Assembly (NCBI GenBank): GCA_964499705.1
Contig: CAZCME010000010.1
Location: 22,280 to 86,279 of the forward strand
Length of the DNA: 64,000 nt
Reading direction: 5' to 3'
From: an uncultured bacterium
GTDB taxonomy: Bacteria > UBA8481
Part shown: positions 39,323 to 48,309 of the stretch, one piece after another
How the letters are laid out: each line of letters opens with the position of its first letter
Position numbering within the stretch: the stretch's first letter is position 1
The notes under the pieces: model-generated
Database searches by the model: none
What the model was told of the DNA's origin: nothing
The model's input: only the letters and a program-made list of their open reading frames with translations
Program-made: the position numbers and the translations under genes

Positions 39323-40864
39323 TTACTGGTCTGAGCTCTTGAGATCATCCCCGACGGTTCCCACCTCGACGACCGTGCTGGCGGTGCCGTTCAAGGGGGC
39401 AAGGAGCTGATTCCAGAACGAGAGCGTGTAAGAGAGGATTCCCTGGGGTACGAAGACGACATCGCCGTTCTCCAGCATCATGTTCTGAGTAAGATCACCA
39501 TCCAACAGGCTCTTGATGCTGACCTTGTAAACCTTCGGATTATCCGGCCAACCGCGCACGACGCGGACGTCATACGTCCGGGCGTTGGCGGAGGAGATGT
39601 TGGCCATGGTGAGAGCCTGCAGAAGCGTGAAACTGCCCTGGCGGGTGTGCAGGCCGGGAGAACCAACCTGGCCCAGCACGAAGACTCCGATATCGGTGAT
39701 TTCGGGGATGATGATCGAATCGCCGTTGCGGAGCACCTTGTCCTCGCGCGCGTCGCCCTGGAACCAGAGCGCGTTGAGGTTGCAGGGCTCGATGGATCCG
39801 TCAGCCCGGAGAATGAAGGCCTTCGAGATGTGAGCTTTCGCTCCCCACGTGGATGATTCCAGGAGGAGATCGCGCACGCGGAGCGCGCGATTCATGGGAA
39901 AAACGTATTTTCCGGGCTTGGTGAAGGCGCCCAGGAGATTGACGACCTGCTCGCGGCTGGGAATGATCACGAGGTCGCCCGGCTCCACGTAGATATTTTC
40001 TTCGATGCGCTGGCCTTTCAGGACCGAGGCTATGTCGCACGTGATTTTCGAGTCGCCGCGGGAAACGGTCACATCGGAGAGATCCGCGCGATCTTTGCTC
40101 CATTTCGCCTGGACCAGGAGATCCAACAGGCGCGTGGGACGGTCGATGGTGAAGGGGCCCGGAGCTTCGACTTCACCCACGACCGTGACATCCTTACCGC
40201 CCGGTTCGGCCACGGTGACCGTGACGGCGGGCTGGATCAGGTAGCGCCGGAGCTTGCCGGCAATCGTGGCCGATGCCTGGTCGACAGTCAGGCCCGACAT
40301 CCGGATTGAACCGGCAAGCTTGACGACGATTGTGCCGTCCCGGGCCACTCGAGTCCGTGTGTTCAGATTGTCCTGTCCCCAGACGAAGACATCGAGAACG
40401 TCCCCGCTTCGGATGCGGTAAGCGTGAGGATCCACGGGCATGGAGTCTTCGTACGCGGGGGGAACTTCGGTGGGAAGCGGCGCCGCTTGATACGGTAGGT
40501 ATGGCGAATGAGCGACCAAGGGCGGAAGGGGATCGGGCGACATCTGAACTCGCTCTCGAATCGGGGCACCGGCCGGGAAGAGATCGCGCGGATCGATGAT
40601 GATCTCCCAGGGGCCCGGAGGCGCCGCATGCGACAGATCCTCGATCGGGGCGGCAGTGATGGGCGGCTCGGGTGTGGACGCCACGAACCGAAAGGTGTCG
40701 CGTGTGATTTGGGCGTTGGTGTCGACGTCAGGCAGTGAAGAAGTGCCCCAGGCGGCGGGGCTGACGAGCGCGGTCAGGGACTTTTTGACAGTGACTGTGT
40801 CGCAGAGAAGGATCAGAACCGCGATGGTCGCGGGCAACATCGGATTCTGAAACCATTTCCTCAT
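39323..40864 (-). CDS. Polysaccharide export outer-membrane protein (Wza-like; Poly_export + SLBB domains)
   Basis: YRIRSGDVLDVFVWG (Poly_export motif). Repeated SLBB-like soluble-ligand-binding beta-grasp segments. Signal peptide. 513 aa. Confidence 0.8.
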   Translation of the reverse strand: MRKWFQNPMLPATIAVLILLCDTVTVKKSLTALVSPAAWGTSSLPDVDTNAQITRDTFRFVASTPEPPITAAPIEDLSHAAPPGPWEIIIDPRDLFPAGAPIRERVQMSPDPLPPLVAHSPYLPYQAAPLPTEVPPAYEDSMPVDPHAYRIRSGDVLDVFVWGQDNLNTRTRVARDGTIVVKLAGSIRMSGLTVDQASATIAGKLRRYLIQPAVTVTVAEPGGKDVTVVGEVEAPGPFTIDRPTRLLDLLVQAKWSKDRADLSDVTVSRGDSKITCDIASVLKGQRIEENIYVEPGDLVIIPSREQVVNLLGAFTKPGKYVFPMNRALRVRDLLLESSTWGAKAHISKAFILRADGSIEPCNLNALWFQGDAREDKVLRNGDSIIIPEITDIGVFVLGQVGSPGLHTRQGSFTLLQALTMANISSANARTYDVRVVRGWPDNPKVYKVSIKSLLDGDLTQNMMLENGDVVFVPQGILSYTLSFWNQLLAPLNGTASTVVEVGTVGDDLKSSDQ

Positions 40865-41053
40865 GGGTGACCTGTCCCCCGTGCCCTTAATGCGAGTTCA
40901 CTTCTTTCAGCGTGTCCATCCCTGGCTCCTGCGTTCCGAAAAAGTATGTCGATGTAAATTATCCACAACTTATTCCATGCTGCAACTTCTGTCAATGCAA
41001 AAAGTTACGACTATTTCGGCATGTTTATTTTTGGAAGGAAATGAAAGGGCGGA

Positions 41054-41278
41054 TCAGCAGTCACCTACGGGAAAAGGCAGCGGATTTACTCCTTCGTTGC
41101 AGGTATTGGCCGCATCGCAGCCGATACACGCCGGTGTCCAGGACGTGGCAACCAGATCACAGACAAGCGAATTGCAGTCGACCTGGCAGAGCGAGCTGGA
41201 ATTGGAAGGCGATTGACCGTGATGGCCGATCGTGATTCTTTCGTAGCACGTCAGTGCCGGCTTCTTATAGAGCTTCAT
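41054..41278 (-). CDS. Candidate RiPP precursor peptide (74 aa, 8 Cys)
   Basis: MKLYKKPALTCYERITIGHHGQSPSNSSSLCQVDCNSLVCDLVATSWTPACIGCDAANTCNEGVNPLPFPVGDC. It sits immediately downstream of two radical-SAM/SPASM genes in the same orientation, overlapping the second by 14 nt. Its GC content is noticeably lower than that of its neighbours. Confidence 0.5.
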   Translation of the reverse strand: MKLYKKPALTCYERITIGHHGQSPSNSSSLCQVDCNSLVCDLVATSWTPACIGCDAANTCNEGVNPLPFPVGDC

Positions 41279-42311
41279 AGGGTCCCGGTTTGGATCCGTA
41301 AAGTGCCATGGTCACCAGGCATCGCTCCAGGGGAGGTTCATGGAACATTCCCGTGGCAGCGTGGCTGTGGCCGAGGCAGGTATGACAACGTGTGACATAT
41401 TGGCATCCGGAGCAACGACTGAAGCGGTCGTACTCGACGTCGTGGGGGATTGGATGCGAACCCTCCTCACGGGCATGGAGGGATTGCCACGTCTCGATCA
41501 GTCCTTCGCGGCGGACATGACCAATGGGTTTCCTGATGGTTACGCAGGTGAGTATCTCCCCGCGCGCCGTGACGGCGAGCGTGTTCATTCCCTGGGCGCA
41601 GATTTTAATCCCGCCCGTCCCGTTCTGGCTCGAGGGCAGTGTGGCCCCGGGCCATCGGGCTTCGACGAGGCGGATCTGTTCCGGTGTGAGAAAATCCCCG
41701 TCCAGATTCCGGCCGAGATCAGAGTTCATGAGGAAGTAATCCCTCTTCACGGAGCAATCCAGTTCCCCGGCGAGTGCTCGCATCGCTTCGAGTTCATGAA
41801 CGTTCCAGCGGAACAGTGTCACGGAAAGGGAGACCGGGATTTTTTTCGCGCGGACGGCTTTGATGCCCTCGATTGTCTTTTCGAAGGATCCGGCGATTCG
41901 CGTGCAACGCTCGTGCGTCGCGGCTGTCGCTCCGTAAAGAGAGACATCCATGTGCCCGACGCCCGCGTCGGCGAGCTGGAGCGCGAGCCTCTGGAGCAGG
42001 ATACCGTTGCTTTTCAGGGAGACGCACATCCGGAGGCGGCGGGCATGCCGGATGAGCGGCAGGAGACCCGGGAAGGTTGTCGCTTCGCCTCCCGTGAAAC
42101 AGACGGCGAATGTCTTGATCGCCGCGAGTTCATCCAGCACCCGGTGCCAATGCTCCTCCGTCATATCGTCCGCCGCATAATACGCCGGGCTTTCCCGCAC
42201 GCAGTGGACGCAGCCGTGATTGCATCGGTTCGTCAGTTCCAGGATGGCGACGGAGGGAGCGGGAAACTGGATGAATTTGCGGTTGAGCACCATGGGGTCG
42301 GCGCGATTCAT
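41265..42311 (-). CDS. Radical SAM / SPASM-domain peptide-modifying enzyme (paralog B)
   Basis: CNHGCVHC (the CxxxCxxC radical-SAM cluster motif). C-terminal SPASM cysteines CSGCQYVTRCHTCLGH. 348 aa. ATGA overlap with the upstream paralog. Confidence 0.85.
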   Translation of the reverse strand: MNRADPMVLNRKFIQFPAPSVAILELTNRCNHGCVHCVRESPAYYAADDMTEEHWHRVLDELAAIKTFAVCFTGGEATTFPGLLPLIRHARRLRMCVSLKSNGILLQRLALQLADAGVGHMDVSLYGATAATHERCTRIAGSFEKTIEGIKAVRAKKIPVSLSVTLFRWNVHELEAMRALAGELDCSVKRDYFLMNSDLGRNLDGDFLTPEQIRLVEARWPGATLPSSQNGTGGIKICAQGMNTLAVTARGEILTCVTIRKPIGHVRREGLIETWQSLHAREEGSHPIPHDVEYDRFSRCSGCQYVTRCHTCLGHSHAATGMFHEPPLERCLVTMALYGSKPGPYEAL

Positions 42312-43321
42312 GCCGTTGGAAATCCGTGGAGAGACATCATTGCATAGCAGCGTTCGAGCGGCGGCTCGTAAAATTCTCCGGTGGCTGCCTGGTTATGCCC
42401 CGGACAGACATGGCACTTCGGAAGGAAGTCGCACTTCAGGCAACGGGAAAACCGATCATAGTCCAGATTGTGCGGCCGGCCATTCTCCGTCGATCTTCTC
42501 CAGACGGCCGCCACGCCTTCGCCGCGAACATGACCCATGGGTTCGCGGATCGTGATGCAGGAAAGGATCTCTCCGCGCGCGGTGATCGCCATGCGATTGA
42601 TCCCCTGCGTGCAGAACCTCACTTTCGTGGATCCGTTCTGGTGCGAGGGAATTGTCATCATTGGCCACGATTGTTCGATGGCGCGGATCTGGGACGGGGT
42701 GCAGATATCCCCGGGCGTTCTTCCCAGGTCGGTGGTCGTCATGATGTATTCGCGATTGACGGAGCAGCCTGTCTCGGCGGCGAATTGCCGGATGGCATGC
42801 AACTCGTCGGCATTCCAACGGAAGAGCGAGATGTTGATCATGACGGCGATGCCCTCGGCTCGCGCGGCGCGGATGCCGGCCGTCGTGCGGGCGAACGATC
42901 CCGGCACGAGCGTGCATCGTTCGTGAGTCGCGGCCGTGGATCCGTACAGCGAGACGTCGATCAGGCCGACGCCATCCGCTTTCAGCGGCGAGGCCAGCCG
43001 GGACAAGTTCAGGCCGTTTGTCTTCAGTGCCACTCTCATATTCAGCTTTCTGGCGTAACGGATCAGGAGGAGCAGGTCGGGATGGAGCGTGGCTTCGCCG
43101 CCGGTGAAGCAGACCGTGAAGGTGTTGATGTCGGCGAGCTCATCGAGGACGCGAAGCCACTCCTCCGTCGTCAGTTCGTCGGTATGATGGAGACTGGGAC
43201 TTTCCCGGACACAGTGCGTGCAATCGAGATTGCACCGGTTGGTGAGCTCCAGCATGGCAGCCGTGGGAGTAGGTTTTCGCTGAAAAACCTGATTAACTTC
43301 CCCTGACGTGAGCTTGATCAC
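42308..43321 (-). CDS. Radical SAM / SPASM-domain peptide-modifying enzyme (paralog A)
   Basis: CNLDCTHC (the CxxxCxxC motif). SPASM tail CLKCDFLPKCHVCPGH. About 55% identical to paralog B along the full length. Confidence 0.85.
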   Translation of the reverse strand: MIKLTSGEVNQVFQRKPTPTAAMLELTNRCNLDCTHCVRESPSLHHTDELTTEEWLRVLDELADINTFTVCFTGGEATLHPDLLLLIRYARKLNMRVALKTNGLNLSRLASPLKADGVGLIDVSLYGSTAATHERCTLVPGSFARTTAGIRAARAEGIAVMINISLFRWNADELHAIRQFAAETGCSVNREYIMTTTDLGRTPGDICTPSQIRAIEQSWPMMTIPSHQNGSTKVRFCTQGINRMAITARGEILSCITIREPMGHVRGEGVAAVWRRSTENGRPHNLDYDRFSRCLKCDFLPKCHVCPGHNQAATGEFYEPPLERCYAMMSLHGFPTA

Positions 43322-43418
43322 GATCCCGATGGATTATTATATTCCCCTTTAAACTGGCGTGCGAGGGTTATGTAAGTAATTTACCAATCTTCAACGTACT
43401 AGGGGCTTTTACACAGGC

Positions 43419-44237
43419 ATGATAATCTGTCTTATCCTCATGTTTCCACTCCAGCTTGGAAAAACTGAATTTGAGATTTTTCTACCCGATGTCGTCATTT
43501 CCTCCATGTTGCCGGCCTACCTCCACTCCCTGCCCTGTGAAGAACTACCCCTCGTCGGTTCGCAAATACGAATGCACGCCATGGATGAAGCACCCGCGAC
43601 GGCGCTCGACGTGCCGGATCAATTCGGATTCTACCGGGCCAGATATCTCCGTTCCGGGAATTCCTGGGATTTTTTCACAAGCGTCCCACAGGGGCCGACC
43701 AAGCCGGATATTCTTCCGACCAGGTCCGTGACGCCCGCCGTGCTGACCGTTCTGGCTCACCAGGGAGTCCTCGCGATTCATGGTTCCGCTGTAATCCGTC
43801 ATGACAAGGCTCTGCTCTTCGTGGGGCCCAGCGGGAGCGGAAAATCCACGATGGCGGATCAGCTCTCAAGTTTCGGGTGTGAGTTTTTTTCCGAGGATAG
43901 AGTGCTTGTCTGGCGAACATCGGAAGGCATCATGGCGACTCCGTCGTTCGAAGCCGGTAATCCGTTCGGCCGGTGGGTCGGTTGTGTGCCCGAAACCGGA
44001 CGGCGGCCTCCGAAGCGGAGAACGCCTCCTTATGGCCGCGTGGCGCCTGCGGGGAAAGTTTATTTTCCGGAAGTGAGGCCCGGCGAGGAATCCTCCCGAT
44101 TCGCCCTTCCACGCCAGGAAGCATTCGTGCGATTGGCCGCGTCCACGATCGGCACATGGGATGCTCTGCCGGAAGGGATGGAAACGGAAGGGCTGATACT
44201 GGGGACAAATGCGGTGAAGCTGGCGGCTGAGCTTTAA
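43419..44237 (+). CDS. HPr kinase/phosphorylase C-terminal-domain-like P-loop protein (HprK-related kinase)
   Basis: GVLAIHGSAVIRHDKALLFVGPSGSGKSTMADQL matches the HprK C-terminal P-loop pattern (GxSGxGKS plus the preceding HG motif). It is divergent from the rSAM operon. Confidence 0.65.
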   Translation: MIICLILMFPLQLGKTEFEIFLPDVVISSMLPAYLHSLPCEELPLVGSQIRMHAMDEAPATALDVPDQFGFYRARYLRSGNSWDFFTSVPQGPTKPDILPTRSVTPAVLTVLAHQGVLAIHGSAVIRHDKALLFVGPSGSGKSTMADQLSSFGCEFFSEDRVLVWRTSEGIMATPSFEAGNPFGRWVGCVPETGRRPPKRRTPPYGRVAPAGKVYFPEVRPGEESSRFALPRQEAFVRLAASTIGTWDALPEGMETEGLILGTNAVKLAAEL

Positions 44238-45301
44238 GGATATTGCCCCGGAAAATCCAGACCTGCCGTTTCCGGAAGACCCATCATGATATTCAGGTTC
44301 TGGATCGCGTTGCCGGCCTGCCCCTTCATCAGGTTGTCGATGTGCGAGACGATGATCGCCTTCTTCGTCCGGGTATCGAGATTGATCCAGATGTTGACGT
44401 AGTTCGAACCCCGGACGTCGGATGTGGACGGAGCGGCGGACGGCGGCAGGATGCGGACGAACTTCTCGTTCTTATAGAAATCCTGGTAGCTTTCGACGAG
44501 GCTGTCCACGCATGTGACCCGTGTGCCGGCGTAGATCGTCGCGAGGATTCCTCTGGTCATCGGCGCCACATGAGGTGTGAATGTGATCGTGACCTCTTTT
44601 CCAGCCAGCCGCGACAATTCCCGTTCGACTTCGTAGACGTGCTGGTGGCCCGCGACCTTGTACGCGTTGAACGAATCGTATCGGGCGGGATAATGGAATC
44701 CGGGAGCGGGCTTCTTGCCGGCGCCCGAGACGCCGGACTTGCAGTCGCAGATGATGGATTCCGGATCGATGAGCGACCTCTGCACGGCGGGCGCGAGCCC
44801 GAGTATGCAGGCGATGGCGAAGCAACCCGGGTTGCCGACGAGCTTCGACTGCGCGATGGCGTTTCGATGGAGCTCGGGAATGCCGTACACGGTTCGGGAT
44901 AACAGCGCCGGCGCATCATGATCCGCCGGCTTGCCGATTCTCGTGGAGTATGCCGCGAAGTGGTTCTCCGAGGAGAACCGGAAGTCGCCGGAATAGTCGA
45001 TGACCTTGACGCCCTTTTCGATGAACCGGGCGGCGTGTTTCTGGCCGACGCCGTCGGGCGTGGAGAAGAGCGCGATATCGAGATTATCGCATACGGCAGG
45101 ATCTTCGAGCGAAGTGATGGGGAGGTCGCAATATCCCGCGAGATGGGGGTAAATGGCGGAGAGCGGCTTTCCGACTTCGGTCAGCGAAACGACGCGGACG
45201 ATCCGCGTGTAAGGATGCCTGAGCAGAAGTTCAATCGCCCCCACGCCGCCATATCCGCCTGCTCCGATGACGGCGACCCTGATTCCGGTTTCATCCTTCA
45301 T
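44234..45301 (-). CDS. argC: N-acetyl-gamma-glutamyl-phosphate reductase
   Basis: AVIGAGGYGG (NAD-binding motif). Active-site Cys in GCFAIACILGLAP. SGVSGAGKK. NLMKGQAGNAIQNLN. 355 aa. Confidence 0.85.
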   Translation of the reverse strand: MKDETGIRVAVIGAGGYGGVGAIELLLRHPYTRIVRVVSLTEVGKPLSAIYPHLAGYCDLPITSLEDPAVCDNLDIALFSTPDGVGQKHAARFIEKGVKVIDYSGDFRFSSENHFAAYSTRIGKPADHDAPALLSRTVYGIPELHRNAIAQSKLVGNPGCFAIACILGLAPAVQRSLIDPESIICDCKSGVSGAGKKPAPGFHYPARYDSFNAYKVAGHQHVYEVERELSRLAGKEVTITFTPHVAPMTRGILATIYAGTRVTCVDSLVESYQDFYKNEKFVRILPPSAAPSTSDVRGSNYVNIWINLDTRTKKAIIVSHIDNLMKGQAGNAIQNLNIMMGLPETAGLDFPGQYP

Positions 45302-45336
45302 ACATCATCCCTCATCCTTGATATAATGATGGCGCC

Positions 45337-46956
45337 ATGACGCCCCAGGAACTTGCAGAGCGGCTCCGCGTTTCGCCGCGAACCGGCTCGGCCGGGCCGC
45401 CCGACAGCGCCGGAGTATATATCTTCCGCGATGGAAGAAAACATCCCATTTACATCGGAAAGGCCCTGTCGCTCGCGGACAGGCTCTCCTCCTACCGCGC
45501 CTCCAACCTGCCCGACAAGACGGCGGCGATGATCGCGGCCGCGCGGAGCGTGGACTGGATCGTTTTCCAGACGGAGATGGAAGCGCTCTTGTGCGAAGCG
45601 GCGATGGTGCGGCAGTACAAGCCCAAGTACAACATCCTCCTGCGGGATGATAAACGATTTCCGATGATCCTCCTGACGGACGAGCCATACCCGAAGGCGT
45701 TGAAAGTGCGACGCGCCAGGAAGGGAGCCGGGCGCCACTTCGGTCCCTTCGGCGGTTCGACGGCGTTTCATCTCCTGGAGATCATATCCCGGAGGTTCAA
45801 GATCCGGCGCTGCGGAGGACCCCTGCCGAAGCGCGACAGACCCTGCATCGATCACGAGATCGGGCGGTGCGACGCGCCGTGCGTCGGTTCCATCGGCCGG
45901 GCGGAATACGGCATGCTCGTGGAGAGCGCCGCGCATCTGCTCGCGGGGGATGTTCGCGCGTTGGCGCGCGAACTGGAGGAGGAGATGCGCCATGCTTCTT
46001 CGGAGAAGCAATTCGAGAAAGCCGCGTCGCTTCGGGATGAAGTCGCCGCGCTGAAAAGCGTCCTGGAGAAACAGAACGCGGAGAAGCCGGGCCGCGATGA
46101 CGCGGACGCCGTTGCCGTGGAAATCGGCGATTCGTTCGCGGTAGGCGTGGTTCTCTCGCGAAGAAACGGCGCCGTGGTGGATCGGGCTGCGTATGTGTTC
46201 GAGACTCCCATCGAGACCGATGCGGATGAAATCCTTGCGAAGACGGCGTCGGCTCATTATGAGCAACACGCGGCGCCGCCGGAAATCCTCGTGCCGAAAC
46301 CGGTGTCGATGCCGGGTCGCGTTTATCGAGTGCCGATGCGCGGTCCCGATGCCGCGCTTTTGAAACTGGCCGATGACAACGCGCGCGAGACACTGCGGGA
46401 TGTCTCCGGGGCGCGCGGTTCCGAGGTCAGGAACCGCGCGCTCGTCGAACTGGCGGAGGCGCTCGGCATGGAGAATGCTCCGCGCACGATCGAGGGGATC
46501 GACATCGCGACCTTCGCCGGGAAGGACACCGTCGGGGCCTGCGTTCATTTTCATGACGCTCTGCCCCGGAAGGCCGGCTATCGGCTCTTTCGGATCCGCG
46601 GCCGCCAGGACAGCGACGTCGACGCGATCGAGGAAGTGATGGCGCGTAGAATGCACCTGAAGGAACCGTGGCCGGATCTCTTTCTCATCGACGGCGGAAT
46701 GGGACAGCTTCTGGCCGCGTTCCGCGCCCTGGAGGAATCGGCGAGGGAACGAGGGATCGTGGCGCCGGCGATCGTCTCGCTCGAAAAACGCGACGAGCTG
46801 ATTCGAACGGTGGAAGGGGAGGTGATCGAGCTGCCTCGGCACGCGGCGGCGTTGAAGCTCCTGCAGCATGTCCGCGACGAAGCGCACCGGTTCGGAGGAA
46901 ATTATCACCGGAAGATTCGCGGAAGCTCAGGCGGACTGGCTCGAACGTCGCGTTAA
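45337..46956 (+). CDS. uvrC: Excinuclease ABC subunit C
   Basis: N-terminal GIY-YIG (GVYIFRD...IYIGKA). A central Cys-rich segment. UvrB-interacting and C-terminal RNaseH-like/HhH regions. 539 aa. Confidence 0.85.
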   Translation: MTPQELAERLRVSPRTGSAGPPDSAGVYIFRDGRKHPIYIGKALSLADRLSSYRASNLPDKTAAMIAAARSVDWIVFQTEMEALLCEAAMVRQYKPKYNILLRDDKRFPMILLTDEPYPKALKVRRARKGAGRHFGPFGGSTAFHLLEIISRRFKIRRCGGPLPKRDRPCIDHEIGRCDAPCVGSIGRAEYGMLVESAAHLLAGDVRALARELEEEMRHASSEKQFEKAASLRDEVAALKSVLEKQNAEKPGRDDADAVAVEIGDSFAVGVVLSRRNGAVVDRAAYVFETPIETDADEILAKTASAHYEQHAAPPEILVPKPVSMPGRVYRVPMRGPDAALLKLADDNARETLRDVSGARGSEVRNRALVELAEALGMENAPRTIEGIDIATFAGKDTVGACVHFHDALPRKAGYRLFRIRGRQDSDVDAIEEVMARRMHLKEPWPDLFLIDGGMGQLLAAFRALEESARERGIVAPAIVSLEKRDELIRTVEGEVIELPRHAAALKLLQHVRDEAHRFGGNYHRKIRGSSGGLARTSR

Positions 46957-47079
46957 TTTCTGATCAAAGCTGCGCAATTCCGCCCGCCGTAAATACTCGC
47001 CTCATATTATCCTCATATTCGCTTAACAAATCGATCCTGTCTCCGATGAGAAAGCTGGAACCAATTCAGGAGGCGAGAA

Positions 47080-48309
47080 ATGCTCGACGGAAGATTTATG
47101 GCAAAGGGTCTGGCTCTTGCGGTATGCCTGTCCCTGCTGCCGACGCAGGCGGATGCGAAGCTCTTCAAGGACAAGGCAACGGGCATGATCTACGCGACCG
47201 CCGGAGAGAACAGGGAGGAATACAAGCCCTGGGGACTGGATATCGGATTCCAGTTCTTCGTGCAGTACCGAACCGAGCTGGAAGACCGGAATCAACCCGC
47301 CGGCACCGCCTATGCCGCGAAGAACACGACGACGAGTCCTTATGATGTCTTCGAAGCGACGAGGACGATCATGGATATCAAGAAGAGCTTCACGAATACA
47401 TCCCGTGCGCGGTTTGTCCTCGATTCCCGCAACACGGCGGTCGGTAATTACGATCTCTTTGTCCGCCACGTCTACGGCGAGCAGGATTTCCCCTCGATCA
47501 ACTCGACCTTTCTTTTCGGCGAGATACCGATGCCGGTCATTCCTCATTCCGACGGACTCTGGGGATACCGCGTGCAGGGAACGATCTTTTCGGAACGAGA
47601 ACAATACTTCACATCGGGCGACTGGGGCATCGGGTGGAGGACGAAGTTCTCGTTTCTTCCGCTGGATTGGTACACCACGTTCACGAACGGCGAGGGCCGG
47701 ACAACCGCGGAAGTCAACAGCGGCAAGGCCATCGAATCGCGCCTGACCTGGAAGGTGGAGCAGGTCGAAGGGCTGTCGATTTCCGCGGGAGGATCGTATC
47801 TCTCCGGCGGCAACATTGTCGGCACGGCCAACACGGGCGTGGGAGTTCGCCAGGTCCGCGCCGTCGGCGACGTCTTCTACGTCCGCCCGAAATGGCGGAT
47901 CGGCGGTACGTATCTCTGGACGAGCGACGAGGCGAACTCATGGGCCAATTCCGTCAGCATCATCGGAAATTCCACGGCCAACATGAACCGCCAGTCGATC
48001 CCTCTCACCGGATATTCCATCACGAAAATTCAGGGCCAGGGCTTCTCCCTGATGGGAGTTGTCGATCTGAGTTCCCGATGGTCCGTAATCGGCCGGTGGG
48101 ATACGTTCGATCCGGCGGAAAACGTGCCGGATAATTCGCATGACCGATTCATGGTCGGGCCGGTGTATCGCGTGAACGACAACATCAAGGTTCTGGCGAA
48201 CTACGAGAGCCTGGATTTCAATCCCGGCGCGGAAATCGCCTCCGGCAATATCACCGGAAACGCCTACGACCAGTCACGCCTTCTTGTGCAGACGGAGATC
48301 AAGTTCTAG
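47080..48309 (+). CDS. Outer-membrane beta-barrel protein (porin-like)
   Basis: RBS AGGAGG before the ATG. Signal peptide LALAVCLSLLPTQADA. Alternating amphipathic strands. C-terminal ...VQTEIKF (terminal Phe). Confidence 0.55.
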   Translation: MLDGRFMAKGLALAVCLSLLPTQADAKLFKDKATGMIYATAGENREEYKPWGLDIGFQFFVQYRTELEDRNQPAGTAYAAKNTTTSPYDVFEATRTIMDIKKSFTNTSRARFVLDSRNTAVGNYDLFVRHVYGEQDFPSINSTFLFGEIPMPVIPHSDGLWGYRVQGTIFSEREQYFTSGDWGIGWRTKFSFLPLDWYTTFTNGEGRTTAEVNSGKAIESRLTWKVEQVEGLSISAGGSYLSGGNIVGTANTGVGVRQVRAVGDVFYVRPKWRIGGTYLWTSDEANSWANSVSIIGNSTANMNRQSIPLTGYSITKIQGQGFSLMGVVDLSSRWSVIGRWDTFDPAENVPDNSHDRFMVGPVYRVNDNIKVLANYESLDFNPGAEIASGNITGNAYDQSRLLVQTEIKF

